NCBI GenBank assembly: GCA_014905635.1
Contig: JABVCE010000030.1
Span: forward strand, 248,001 to 312,000
Direction: 5' to 3'
From: Scenedesmus sp. PABB004
Lineage: Eukaryota
DNA length: 64,000 nucleotides
Part shown: positions 52,834-64,000 of the stretch, in pieces
Layout: each line of letters opens with the position of its first letter
How positions within the stretch are numbered: the first letter of the stretch is position 1
Position numbers and translations under genes: made by a program
Notes under the pieces: generated by a model
Database searches by the model: none
Told to the model about the DNA's origin: nothing
What the model saw: the letters and a program-made list of their open reading frames with translations, nothing else

Positions 52834-55800
52834 ATGCGCCGCCCCGCGCGGGCGGCGACGCTCGCCCTGTTCACGCTCGCGCTCGTGGCCGGCGTGCCGT
52901 GCCGCGCGCTGCCGGACCGGCGCGTCCTGGCGGCGGCGCCAGGTGCGCGGCGCCGCTGGCAGCAGCAGCGAGCGCGCCCTGGCGCATGCGGGCGCCCGGC
53001 GAGGGCGCGCTGCGGCCGGGCGCGAGGCGCGGCCTCGTCGCAGTGTGCAGGCCCGGCACCAGCGGCTGCGGCGCCGCCGCGCGGTCGCTCGCAGGCTTTG
53101 TCGACGCCGCGCGCGCCGGGTGTGACAACTTTACGCTCGATCGGTGGGAGCCGCTCCGCCCGGGCTTCCACCTCACCGTGCCCTTCGGTGCGGGCGCGCC
53201 GTGCGCTGCGCGTACGGCGCGTGGGGGCGCGCGGGCGCCGCCGCGCGCCGTGCTGCGCGGGCCGCCGGCAGCGCTTGCAGGAGCGCCTTGCTGCGCCGTG
53301 CTGCGCCGTGCTGCGCCGTGCTGCGCCGTGCTGCACCAGCCGCTGCCAGCGCTGCCAGCGCTTGCTGAGCAGCGCGGCGCCCGCGCCGCGCTGGCCGCAG
53401 GCTGGATGAACGACCCGCACGGCCTCTTCCAGCGCAACGGCACTACGCACCTCTTCTTCCAGTACAATCCCCGCAACCTCTCATGGGGTGAGTGAGCGAG
53501 TGAGCTCGCGCGCCGGCCCGCCGCTCACGCCGGCGCGGCCGCGGCGCCGCCGGGCGCTCACGCCGGCGCGGCCGCGGCGCCGCCGGGCGCAGGCGCGCCG
53601 CTGTGGGGGCACGCCGTGAGCGCGGACCTCGCGCGCTGGGCGTGGCTGCCGCCCGCGCTGCTGCCCGACGCGCCCGGCGGGCTCGACGCCGGCGGCTGCT
53701 GGAGCGGCTCCGCGACGCTGCTCGACGACGGCACGCCGGTGCTCACCTGTGCGCGCCTGGCTGCGCGGGCGGGCAGCTGCGGCTGGCTGCGCCGTGCGCG
53801 GCGGCCTGAGCTGCGCTGCGCGCCCGCGCCCGCAGACACCGCCGCCGGCAGCAGGGTGAGCGAGGTCGGGGGCTACTTCCAGCGCCAGGCGGCCGCGGTG
53901 CCGGCCGACCCGGGGCGCGACCCGCTGCTCAAGCGCTGGCGCAAGCTCGCGCGCCCCATCCTCAGCCAGGTGCCGCCGGGCGGCAGCAGCTTCCAGTTCC
54001 GCGACCCCACCGAGGCGCGCGGCGCGGTGTGGGCGGCGCTGACGTCGCCGGCCAGCCCGCGCCCGCTGCCGCGCGGGCACTACGCGATGGCGGTCGGCGC
54101 GCAGGCGTTCTGCCTCGGCGGCGCGGGCATCTTCACCGCGCCCGCCATTGAGGGCCCCTGGCGGTTCACCGGGACGCTGTTCAATCAGCTGGCGCTCGAG
54201 CCGCAGGCGCGCGCGACTGCGCGCCGCGCCGCGCCGCGCCGCGCCGCGCCGCGGCGGCCGGAGCGGACACGTCCGCGCGCGCGCCCCCCGCCCAGGCGCA
54301 CCCCGCCCGCGCCCGCGCCCGCGCCCGCACCCGCGCCGCGCCGCGCGCAGATCAACGGCGCGTGCACGAGCAGCGGCGGCGGGCCCGCGTTTGGCGGGCC
54401 GTGCGACGCGTTTGGCAGCACGTGCCGCATGTGGGAGGTCGTGGACTTCGCTGAGCTGGCGCCGGGTGCGGCGCGCGCGCCGCGACTGCGCCGCCGCCGC
54501 GCCGCGCTCGCGCGCCGCGCTCACGCGCCGCGCTCGCGCGATGTGCCGTGCTCACGTGCCCCGCGCTGGCACCGATGCTGACGCGCACCGCGCCGGCGCT
54601 CGCGGCGCGGCAGGCGTGCATGTGCTCAAGTTCAACGACCAGTCCCGGTCGCGGGGCACCTTTGCCGCGGAGTGGTACGTCCTGGGCGACGGGGACTTTG
54701 ACTACGACGCGCTGCGCCCGCCGCCGCTGTCGAGCCCCGCGCCGGCGCAGGCGCCGGCCGCGGCCGCGCCGCCGCGGCGCGCCGGCCTGACACCGCGCGG
54801 CGACGCGGGCGGCAACGCCAGCGCCGCGCCGGGCGGCGGGGCCGTCGGCGGCCGCGGCGGCGGCGGCGTGGACGACGGCGGGGCGTTTAACACGATCGAG
54901 GCGGCGCTGGTCGCCGGCACGCGGAGCTTCTTCCGGGGCGAGCTCGGCGGCAGGAAGTTCAAGCCCGCGCGCACCGGTGCGGCGGCGGCGTGCGCCAGCA
55001 CTGCGCGCCGCGCCACGCCCTGCCGCGCGCGCCCGCGCGCGCCCCGCCCGCGCCGCCGCGCGTGGCCAGCCGCGCGGCCCGACGTGCCGCGCCGCGCCGC
55101 GGGGGCTGTGTAGACTATGGCTCCCTCTACGCATCGACGATCTTCACCGCGGCCGACGGGCGGCAGATAATGTTCTCATGGATCTACGAGACCGCCGCGG
55201 GTGCGCGGCAGAGGGGCGCGGCGCGCCGCGAGGCTCTTGTTGCCGGGCGCGTCGCCGCCGGGGCCTCGACACACCGCCGCCGCCGCGTGCCGCCGCAGGC
55301 TGTGCCGACATGTGCAGCGAGCAGCTGCCGCCGGTGCTGTCGCGGATGCGCTTCAAGGGCGCGCAGGCGCTGCCGCGCGCGCTCAGCTACGACGCGGAGG
55401 CGCGGGCGCTGCGAGCATACCCGGTGCCGGAGCTGGCGGCGCTGCGCGGCGCGCAGGCACGGCCGCGCTGCGCCGCCGCGCCGCATGCGCGAGAGTGAGC
55501 GAGCTGTGCCGCTCGCCGCCCAGCCACCCGCCCGCCCGTCCGCGCCGCGCCGCGCAGGTCTACGCCGCGGCCGCCGCGCCGCTGCCGGCGCTGCCCGCGC
55601 TGCGCACGCTCGTGGCGCCCGGGTCGGCGCCCGCGCCCGGCGCGCGCGGCGCGACCGCGCGCCAGTTTGAGGTGCAGCTGCGCTTCAGCCTGGCGCCGCG
55701 GCGCGGCGCCGCGCCGCAGGGCGCCGCCGCCGGCGCGCGCGGGCCGCCGGGGCTGCGCCTCGCGCCGCACGAGTTTGCCGTCGGCGTGCGCCTCCTCACC

Positions 55801-56418
55801 GGGGGCACCACGCACGTCGACGCGTACCTGCGCGGCGCGCTCGCGGCGCGCCCCGGCGGCGGCGCCGGCGCGGCGGGGCTGCTGCTGACCGCGCTGTCGG
55901 TGTGGGTCGACCGCTCGGCGGCCGGCGGCGGGACCAACACGACCGCGCCGCCCGAGGGCGGCCCCGTGCCGCTGCCCGGAGGCGGCGGCGGCGACGGCGG
56001 CGGCGGCGGCGCGGCGCTGCCGGCGCGGGGGCTGGCGCTGTCGCTGTGGGTCGACCACAGCGTGCTGGAGCTGTTTGCGGAGGGCGGCCTCGCGCGCGTC
56101 GCGAGCAGGGTGTATCCGGACGACGATGGGGTCGCGTGGGGCCTCGCCGCGTGGGCGCTGCCGCCGGCACGCGTGCCGCCGCCGCCGCCGGCGCCGGGCG
56201 GCGACGCGTCCGGTCGTGGCGGCGGCTGGCTCCGCGCGAAGCTCGCCTGCCTCTGGTGCCGGCTGAGCGTGGGGGGCTGCGACTGCCGCTGCGGCGGCGG
56301 CGGCGACCCCGCCTGCGCGGCGGCGGCCGCCGGCGGGGACGGCGACGGCGGCTGGGAGGTGCTCGTCGACGGGAGCGTGTGGGAGCTGGGCAGCGCGTGG
56401 CTGCCGCCAGACTGCTGA
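52834..56418 (+). CDS. Secreted glycoside hydrolase family 32 (beta-fructofuranosidase/invertase-like)
   Basis: Signal peptide, then [76 protein letters not shown] and [11 protein letters not shown]...SRVYP. Confidence 0.93.
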
Positions 56419-56472
56419 GGGGAGAGGGTGAGTGGACTGCGCGGGCGGGCCGGCGCTGCAACACGCGCCACC

Positions 56473-57000
56473 GCCGTGCGGCCCGCCCGCGTGCAACGAG
56501 GAGGCGATGCTGCGGCGCGGCCTGGCGCGGGCGTGCGCGGCGGCGCTGGCGGCACGGGCCGCGCAGCTCCAGGCTGGCGGCGCGGGCGCGTGAGACCAGC
56601 CCGAGCGGCGCCTGGTGGGCCCCTGCCTGGCGGCGCGCGGCGGCCGCGGGCGGCGGCGCGGGCCCAGGGCCCGCGCAGCCTCGGCCGCTGCGCTCGCGGT
56701 TCGGTGCGGTGGCCTGAGCGATGGGGACGGAGCGGCGGCCGCGTGCTGCCAGGTGTGCGCGCCTGGCCGTCCACGTTGGATGGCGGGCGCCGGTGCGCAG
56801 TGCGTGAGCGCGACCGGCGCGCGGGCGCGGAGGCAGGAGCGTCGCGTTTGCTGCGTCGCGGCGGCGCGCCGGGCGGCCAGCGCGCGGTGCGGGGCCGGAT
56901 AGCGGACGGCGTAACACGACCGCTGCGCCCCGCCCGCGTGTGCGCGCGCCGCAGTGCCAGCGCCTCGACGCCAGCCAGCCCGCCAGTGCGCGCCCCGGCA
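56473..57000 (-). repeat. Inverted duplication, right arm: copy of the last ~40 codons plus 3' flank of ORF 50153-51325, placed just after the GH32 stop
   Basis: Reads ...[39 protein letters not shown] on the + strand, followed by the same 3' flank as the left arm. Confidence 0.93.
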
Positions 57001-57144
57001 CCGCGCGCTCCAGCCCACCTGCTGCCGCGCCCGCCCTCGCACGGGCCGCCGCGCGCCTGCTCCCCGCGCGGTCCACCCTATCTCGGCCCGATCGGGCGGC
57101 GAGTTCGCGCTGCCTGAACGCGTCGCCGCCTGACCAGGGGCCCG

Positions 57145-60100
57145 ATGGAGGCAGCAACGGGCCTGCGATGTGGTAGCACTGCGCGCCTGGGCGGCGTTCG
57201 ATCCCAGGCGGCGCGCCTGCCGGCGTCGGGCGCGCTCTTGAGCGCACGGGAGGGCGTGCGGCCCGCCAGGTGCGCGCATGGGCGAGCAATTCGGGCGCGC
57301 GCTCGACCGCACTCGAACGCTCGCCGCCCCGCGCCCTGGCGCCGCGGCGGGGCCGCCCCGCGCGGCTCCGCCTTGGCGCGGGTTGGGGCCACGTAGAGGG
57401 GCGGGCAGCGCAGCCGCCCGGCCGGCGGAGGGCTGCGGCAGCGGCACTGTGCAGTGCCACTGCTGCCGGCAGCCCTCCGCCGGGCGGGCGGCCGCGGCAG
57501 CCCACCCCGTCCCCCCCCACCCCGCCCCCGCACGCACGCCGTGCCGCGCCGCCTCACGCGGCCGCTGCCCGCTCGCCCGCGCGCCGCGCAGGGCCGGCCG
57601 CGCGCTCGCGGCCGCGCCGCGCGCGACGGTGCAGGCGCCGCCGCCGGCGGTGCCGCGCTCGGTCGCGGCGCCGCGCCAGATGCCGGCGCAGAGCGTCGCG
57701 CTGGAGCCGGTGGTGCAGGAGGCGACCGTGCACTACGGCAAGCCCCTGCGCGGCAGCCCCACGCCGCTGGGCGCGACGTACAACAAGGAGGCGGTGCGCG
57801 CGGGCGCACGGCGCGCGGGCGCGGCGCGGCGGCGGCGCCGGCAGCAGCGGCGGCAGCAGCCGACGGCGCAGCGGCAGCGGCAGTGGCCCCAGCGGCGGAG
57901 CGCCGGCAGCGGCGCCAGCGCCGGCGACGCCCGCGCCAGCGCCGGCGCCGGCGCCGCCGACCGCCGCGCCGCCGACCGCCGCCCGCCTCCGCCGCCGCCG
58001 CCGCCTGTGGCGCAGGGCGCCATCAACTTTGCGCTCACCAGCCACGCCGCGGTGGCGGTGAAGCTCGTGCTCTTCACTGAGGACGACCTCGCCTCGGTGC
58101 GCGCGCGCGCGCGTGCTGTGCGCGCTGCGCGGCGCCGCTGGGCGCTGCGCGGCGCCGCGGGTCGCTCGCCGCCCGCGCCGCGCCGCGCGCAGCAGCCGCC
58201 CACCCCCGCCCACCCCGCCCGCGCCGCGCCGCGCCGCACCGCGCCGCGCCGCGCCGCGCCGCGCCGCAGGGCAAGTCGACGCACGAGATCCTGCTCGACC
58301 CGGTCGCCAACCGCACGGGCGACGTGTGGCACATCGCGCTGCCGGGGTGCGACCCGACGCTGCTGTACGGCTACCGCGTGAGCGGGCCCAACCAAAAGTC
58401 CAACCAGCCGGGCGACGCGGGGCACAAGTTTGACGACGTGCGCGCCGCGCCGCGCCGCGCCGCAGCCGGGGCGCAGCCGCGCCGCGTGCGCGCGCGCGCG
58501 CGCGCCCGCGCCGGCGCGCCGTCTCCCTACCTCGCAACACGCACTCACGCACTCACGCACGCGCGCGCCCGCACGCGCGCCCAACGACCCACAGACGCAG
58601 GTCATTCTGGACCCGTACGCCAAGGCGGTGCTCTCGCGCCGCCGCTACGGCGAGCTCGGCCCGGCGCACCTCGACTACGCGAGCGCCGACACGCTCGGCC
58701 TCGCGCCGACGTGGCCCCAGGCCGCCGCGTTCCTGCCGCGCCCCGCGGAGGAGGCGTTTGACTGGGAGGGCGACACGCCGCTCGACACGCCGATGGAGGA
58801 CCTCGTCATCTACGAGATGCACGTCCGCGGTGCGCGCGGCGCCCCGCGCGGCGCCACCCTGCGCGCCCGCGCAGCACGCCCGCGCCCGCGGCCGCGCGCT
58901 GCAGCGACCGCGGAATGGCTGCTGAAGCAGCCGCGCGCGCGCGCGCGCGCGCGCCCCGCGCGCCGACCCGCGCCGCGCCGACCCGCGCCGCGCTGACCCG
59001 CCGCCCCCCGCCGCCGGCGCCGCCGCCGGCGCCGCCAGGCTTCACCGCGCACCCGAGCGCGCGCGTGCAGGCGCCGGGGACGTACCTGGGGCTGATCGAG
59101 AAGCTGGACTACCTCAAGGCCCTCGGCGTGAACGCGATCGAGCTCCTCCCGGTGCGGCGCCCCGCGCCGCCAGCCTCCCAGCACCCCTCGCGCGCGCGCG
59201 CGCAGGCGCAGGCGCAGCAGCCCTGGCGCCCTCGGTTTTCAGTTTTCGAACCGCGCCCGTTTGAGTTTTCAAACCAATTTCAAACCGCGCCCCTGCCCGC
59301 CGTTCAAACGCGCAGATGTTTGAGTTCAACGAGCTCGAGTACTACTCGCCCATCCCCGGCAGCACCACGGGCGAGCACCGCTTCAACTTCTGGGGCTACA
59401 GGTGCGCCGCGCGGGGTGCAAGCGCTGGCCGCTGGGGCAGGGCGGTGGCAAGGCGGCGGCCGCGGCGCGGGCCCCCACGCCTCGCACGCCCACGCCCACG
59501 CGCCCGCCCCGCCCCGCCGGTCTCCCCCTGCCGCGCGCGCAGCACGGTCAACTTTTTCAGCCCCATGGCGCGCTACAGCTTTGCCATCGCGAGCGGCGCC
59601 GACGGCTCGGCGCTGCAGCAGGAGTTCAAGCTGCTCGTGCGCGAGGCGCACAAGCGCGGCATCGAGGTGACCGCCGCACAGCCGCGCGCCGCGCCCCTCC
59701 TGGTCGCCGCCGCGGCGCGCGCCGGCGGCCGCCCCGCCGCGCCGCCGCGCCGCCCTCTGCCCCCTCCCAGCCGCCGCGCGCGCGCTCTCCCACACCCACA
59801 CCCACACCCTCTCTCCCCCTCCCCTCCCCCGCCCCGCCGCCCTCCAGGTCATCCTGGACGTTGTGTTCAACCACACCGCCGAGGGCAACGAGCTCGGGCC
59901 CACGCTGAGCTTCCGGGGGCTCGACAACCGCGTGTACTACATGCTCGCCCCGCTCGGCGAGTACTACAACTACAGGTGCGGCGGGGCGGGGCGGGGCAGC
60001 CAGGGAGGCGTTCGTGTTCGTGTTGTCACTTTTGACGTCACTTTTGCTGTCACTTTTCAAAAACGTCGCAGCACGCTTTGCGCCGCGCCGCGCCGCCGCG

Positions 60101-63100
60101 CCGACGCGTCCGTGCTGACGCGCGCGCCCCCTCCGCCCCGCCCGGACGCCGCGCCCGCGCCGCCGTGCAGCGGGTGCGGCAACACGCTCAACTGCAACCA
60201 CCCCACGGTGCGCAAGATGATCGTCGACTGCCTGCGCCACTGGGTGACAGAGTACCATGTGGACGGCTTCAGGTGCGCGGCGAAGCGGGCGCGGCAGGGC
60301 GGGCGGGCGGCGGGCTGGGCTGCGCGACGGCGCGCGGCGTGGCCAATGCGGTGTTGGTCACACTGACCAACGCCGCGCCGCCCCGCCCCTGCCGCGCGTC
60401 CAGGTTTGACCTCGCCTCCATCATGACCCGCGCCCACTCGGCGTGGCACCCGAGCCAGTCCGCCGCCGCGCCCGGCGCGGCGCCCACGGCGCTGCACAGC
60501 GGCGGCGCGGTCGTGGACGAGGCGGGGCTGATGACCGACGGCGCGGGTGCGCGCCCGCTCCCTCCCTCCCTCTGCTCGTACCGCCGCGCCGCGCCGCTCG
60601 CGCCGCCGCCGCCACCACCGCTGCCCCACCACCTCCGCCCGCCTCGACACCACCCACACCCCTGCCCCCTGCCCCGCCCCTCCCTCTCCCCTCGCCGCGC
60701 AGGCGTCGCGACCGGCACGCCCATGAGCGACCCTCCGCTTGTGGCAGCGATCAGCGAGGACCCGGTGCTGCGCAGCACCAAGCTCATCGCCGAGGCGTGG
60801 GACTGCGACGGCCTCTACCAGGTCGGGGCCTTCCCGCACTACGGCGGGCGCTGGAGCGAGTGGAACGGCGGCTTCAGGCGCGCACAGCACGCGTGGCACG
60901 CGCCGCGCCGGCCGCGCCGCGCGCCCTGCCCGCTCTCTCTCCCTCGGTGCCCCGCGCACGCCCGCACGCACACACACCACGCACACTCACACGCCACGCA
61001 AACACGCCCACGCACACCACCACGCACGCGCAGGGACACGGTGCGCCAGTTCCTCAAGGGCACCGAGGGCCCCTGGGCGGGCAACTTTGCGAGCGCGCTG
61101 TGCGGCAGCCCCAACCTCTACGCCAACCACCACCCCGCCGAGACCGACTGGTGCGCGCGCGCTGCGGCCACGCGCGGGCGCGGCGGCGGCGGGGCGCGGC
61201 GCTGCGCGGGGCGCGCGCCGTCGGCGCGCCGCGCTCACGGGGCAGCGCCGCCGCCGCGCGCCGCGCGCCGCGCGCCGCGCCAGGTGGGCCAACAACGCGG
61301 GGCGCAAGTGGCGCGGCAACCGGCCGCCGACGGCGTCGATCAACTTTGTGTGCGCGCACGACGGCTTCACGCTGGCAGACCTGGTCGCCTACAACGACAA
61401 GCACAACGACGCCAACGGCGAGGGCAACAAGTGCGCGGCGGCGGTGCACGTGCACCTCGCGCGGCGCCGCGGCGGCGCCTGGCCGCGCGCAGGGCGCCGG
61501 GCGCGCGGCGGCGCGCGCGGGCGCAGCGCTGAGCCCCGCGCCGCGCGCTGCCATGCGCGCAGGGACGGCGAGTCGCACAACCTCAGCTGGAACTGCGGCG
61601 CCGAGGGGCCGACCGACAAGCTCGACGTCAACAGGCGCGCGCCGCGCGCTGCGCCCTGAAAACCCTAGGCGGTTCAGGGCCGCCGCGGCGCGCGCCCCAG
61701 CGCACGCGCCGCGCCCGCCCCGCTGGCGCGGCCGCTGACGCCCGCCGCGGCCGCCGCCGCCCCGCGCGCGCAGGCTGCGCCAGCGCCAGATGCGCAACCT
61801 CGCGTGCGCGCTGCTGCTGAGCCACGGCGTGCCCATGCTGCAGATGGGCGACGAGTACGGCCACTCCAAGGCGCGCAGACCGCCGCGCCACGCCGCGAGC
61901 GCAGCTCTCGGCCGCGCCCCTGGCTCGCGCGCGCCCGACGCGCCGCTCCCCGCCCCGACGGCGCACGCGCCCTGACGTGCCGCCCGCCCGCGTCTGCCCG
62001 CCTCCCTCCCTCGCTGCGCCGCAGGCGGGCAACAACAACACCTACTGCCACGACTCGGAGCTCAACTGGGTCGACTGGGCGCAGGTTGAGCGCGACGAGG
62101 GCGGCTTTGCGCGCTTCATGCGCCGCCTCATCCACTTCAGGTGGGCGCGTGGGCTTGTCTGATCAACAGGGGCGGCCAGGAGCGGCAGGAGGGGAGGGAG
62201 GGGCGGCGGCAGGGGCGAGGAGGGCTGCGCACGCTCGGAGGGGGAGGCGGCTGCGGGGCGGGGCGTCGAGGGGCTGTGGGCCGCCGGCGCGCGCGCGGCA
62301 CGCGTGCACGCGGCGGCGGCGGCGGCGGCGCGGGCGCGGCCGGCGGCCCCCTGTGTGCCCACCCTCTGCCCCCTCCTCGCCCCCTCCCCCGCCAGGCACA
62401 CGCACCCCGAGCTGCGCCGCGCGAGCTACGTGAACGACAACGACGTCCAGTGGCACGGCGAGGCGGCGTTCAAGCCCGACTGGAGCGACAGCGCGCGCCT
62501 CGTGGCCTACACCGTGAAGCAGCACGGCCCCGCCGGCCCCACCGGTGCGCGCCGCCGCCGCGCTCGCCCCCTGGACTCGTCCTCCCGCGCGCCCCGAGCC
62601 CCCTGCCCTCTCGCCCCAACCTCTCCCTCCCACCCTGTGCCTCCTCACCCACTCCGCCTCCGCCCCTCTCCACCCACCCACCCACACTAAACCCTCGCCC
62701 AGGCGGCGGGCTGTACATCGCCTTCAACAGCGGCCACACGCCCAAGGTCGTCGAGCTGCCCCACTGGCACGGCCGCGCCTGGCAGGTCGCGATCGACACC
62801 GGCAAGCTCACGCCGTTTGACATCCTCGTCCCCGACGAGGAGCTCGCGCCGGAGGAGGCGCGCCAGGTGCGCGGAGGTTTAGGGTTTAGGGTTCAGCGCT
62901 CGTGCCCAGCAGGTTTAGGGCTCGTGCCCAGCAGCCGCGCGCGGCGCGGCGGCGGGGGCGCGGCACGGCCCCGCCCCCGCGCCCCCCACGACGGCCTCTC
63001 ACCACCACCCGCCTCGCCCTCCGCCCGGCCCGCGCCCTCCCCCCGCGCCGCGCAGGCGCAGCTCGCGGCGTCGATGTGGACGGCCAGCGGCTTCTATTCA

Positions 63101-63487
63101 GTGCTGCCCTGGAGTTGCGTGGTGCTGGAGAGCGTGCCGGAGCACACCGTCGCATCGCTGCGCGTGCGCGGCAAGGATGGCTCCGCCGTCGTGACCGCCG
63201 CGGCGCAGGCCAAGGCCGGCGGGCCGCTCACGCCGACGCCGGAGCAACGGACCGCGGAGCGGGTGCGGCGCGCGCCGAGCGCCGCGCGCAGCGCGCGCGC
63301 CCCTCGCCGCCAGCTCGGCGGCGCCCGCGCGCCTCGCCGCCCGCGCTCCTGCCCGCGCGCGCGCCCACGCCGCCGCCCGCCCGTGCCTGCCTGCCCGCGC
63401 GTGCAGGCCGCCAAGCGGTCCGCGCCCGCCGGGGGCTTAATGGAGGAGATTCGTGCCTCCAAGGCGGCGCAGCTGCTGCAGGAGTGA
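57145..63487 (+). CDS. ISA1: Isoamylase 1 (GH13 starch debranching enzyme), many exons
   Basis: Transit peptide exon 57145-57269, then [60 protein letters not shown] (nucleophile), LIAEAWD (acid/base), [20 protein letters not shown] and GNNNTYCHD. Confidence 0.96.
62876..62920 (+). repeat. Telomere-like TTTAGGG motifs in an ISA1 intron
   Basis: ggtttagggtttagggttcag...ggtttaggg. Confidence 0.75.
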
Positions 63488-64000
63488 GTGCCGGGGCCCC
63501 CGGGGGCGCAGGCGCGCCGCGCTGTACAGGCGGCGCGGGGCGGCGGGCGCCGCGGCCATGTATTGGGCCGCAGGCCGCCCGCGCCCGCGCGGCCGCGGCG
63601 GTGGGCCCCCGCGGCTGTGAGTGTACACTAGGCGGCGGGCGGCGCAGGCGGCGCAGGCGCGCGTGGGGGTGCAGAACAGGGGCCACCAACCAATCCCCGC
63701 CGCGCCGACGCCGGGGCGTGCGGTCGGCGGGGCGCGGCGGCGGCGCGGCGCGCCGCCGCCGCCGCGTGTGTGGGGACTGCTCTCGTGTGTGTTGCGCCTG
63801 CGCGCCGGACTGGGCGGCAGGCGCCTCCGGCGGGGCTGGGCACTGTGTGCGTGGCGTTGCTGCAGCCCGCGATTCATCCATTGAGGCGCCGCGCGCTGGC
63901 AGCGGCTCGATTTTGCGCGACGACGACGAGGCCGGCGCGCCGTGCGGCCGCGGGCGCCCCGCCCCGCGCGCGGGGCGGCGGCGGCATGTGCGGTGCCGCG

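Noticed and set aside
49720..57000. Autonomous DNA transposon
   Set aside because: No transposase motif or target-site duplication is visible. Kept only as an inverted duplication.
52834..63487. GH32 and ISA1 as part of the GT2/GH16 cluster
   Set aside because: They are more than 25 kb away, separated by unrelated housekeeping genes, and act on different substrates in different compartments.

Overview
This is extremely GC-rich (roughly 80% by eye), intron-dense eukaryotic nuclear DNA. It is most consistent with a chlorophyte green alga, an inference from TGTAA poly(A) signals, TTTAGGG-like motifs and the plastid-related genes ARC5, ISA1, CBSX-like and fused GlyRS. Most ORFs in the supplied track are GC-driven artefacts, so I rebuilt 18 genes by reading exons and splice sites. 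In order they are: MORN-repeat protein (partial), mitochondrial ABC transporter (ATM), GH16 with intact catalytic motif, WRN-type 3'-5' exonuclease, CBS-domain protein, CslA/C/K-like GT2, GH16 with degenerate catalytic motif, large fungal-type GT2, OTU1/YOD1 deubiquitinase, small secreted orphan, divergent sirtuin, intronless membrane protein, ARC5/DRP5B, organellar glycyl-tRNA ligase, two intronless orphan ORFs, GH32 and isoamylase ISA1. The most notable feature is a candidate cell-wall glucan gene cluster at 6.4-27.1 kb. A membrane-anchored, apparently catalytically dead GH16 sits head-to-head with a fungal-type GT2 synthase, beside a Csl-type GT2. An apparently active GH16 carries a near-identical copy of the same bidirectional promoter. 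Other notable features are a ~0.55 kb inverted duplication bracketing the GH32 and orphan genes, and an unusually high share of GC-AG introns. Exon coordinates were read by eye and may be off by a few bases.
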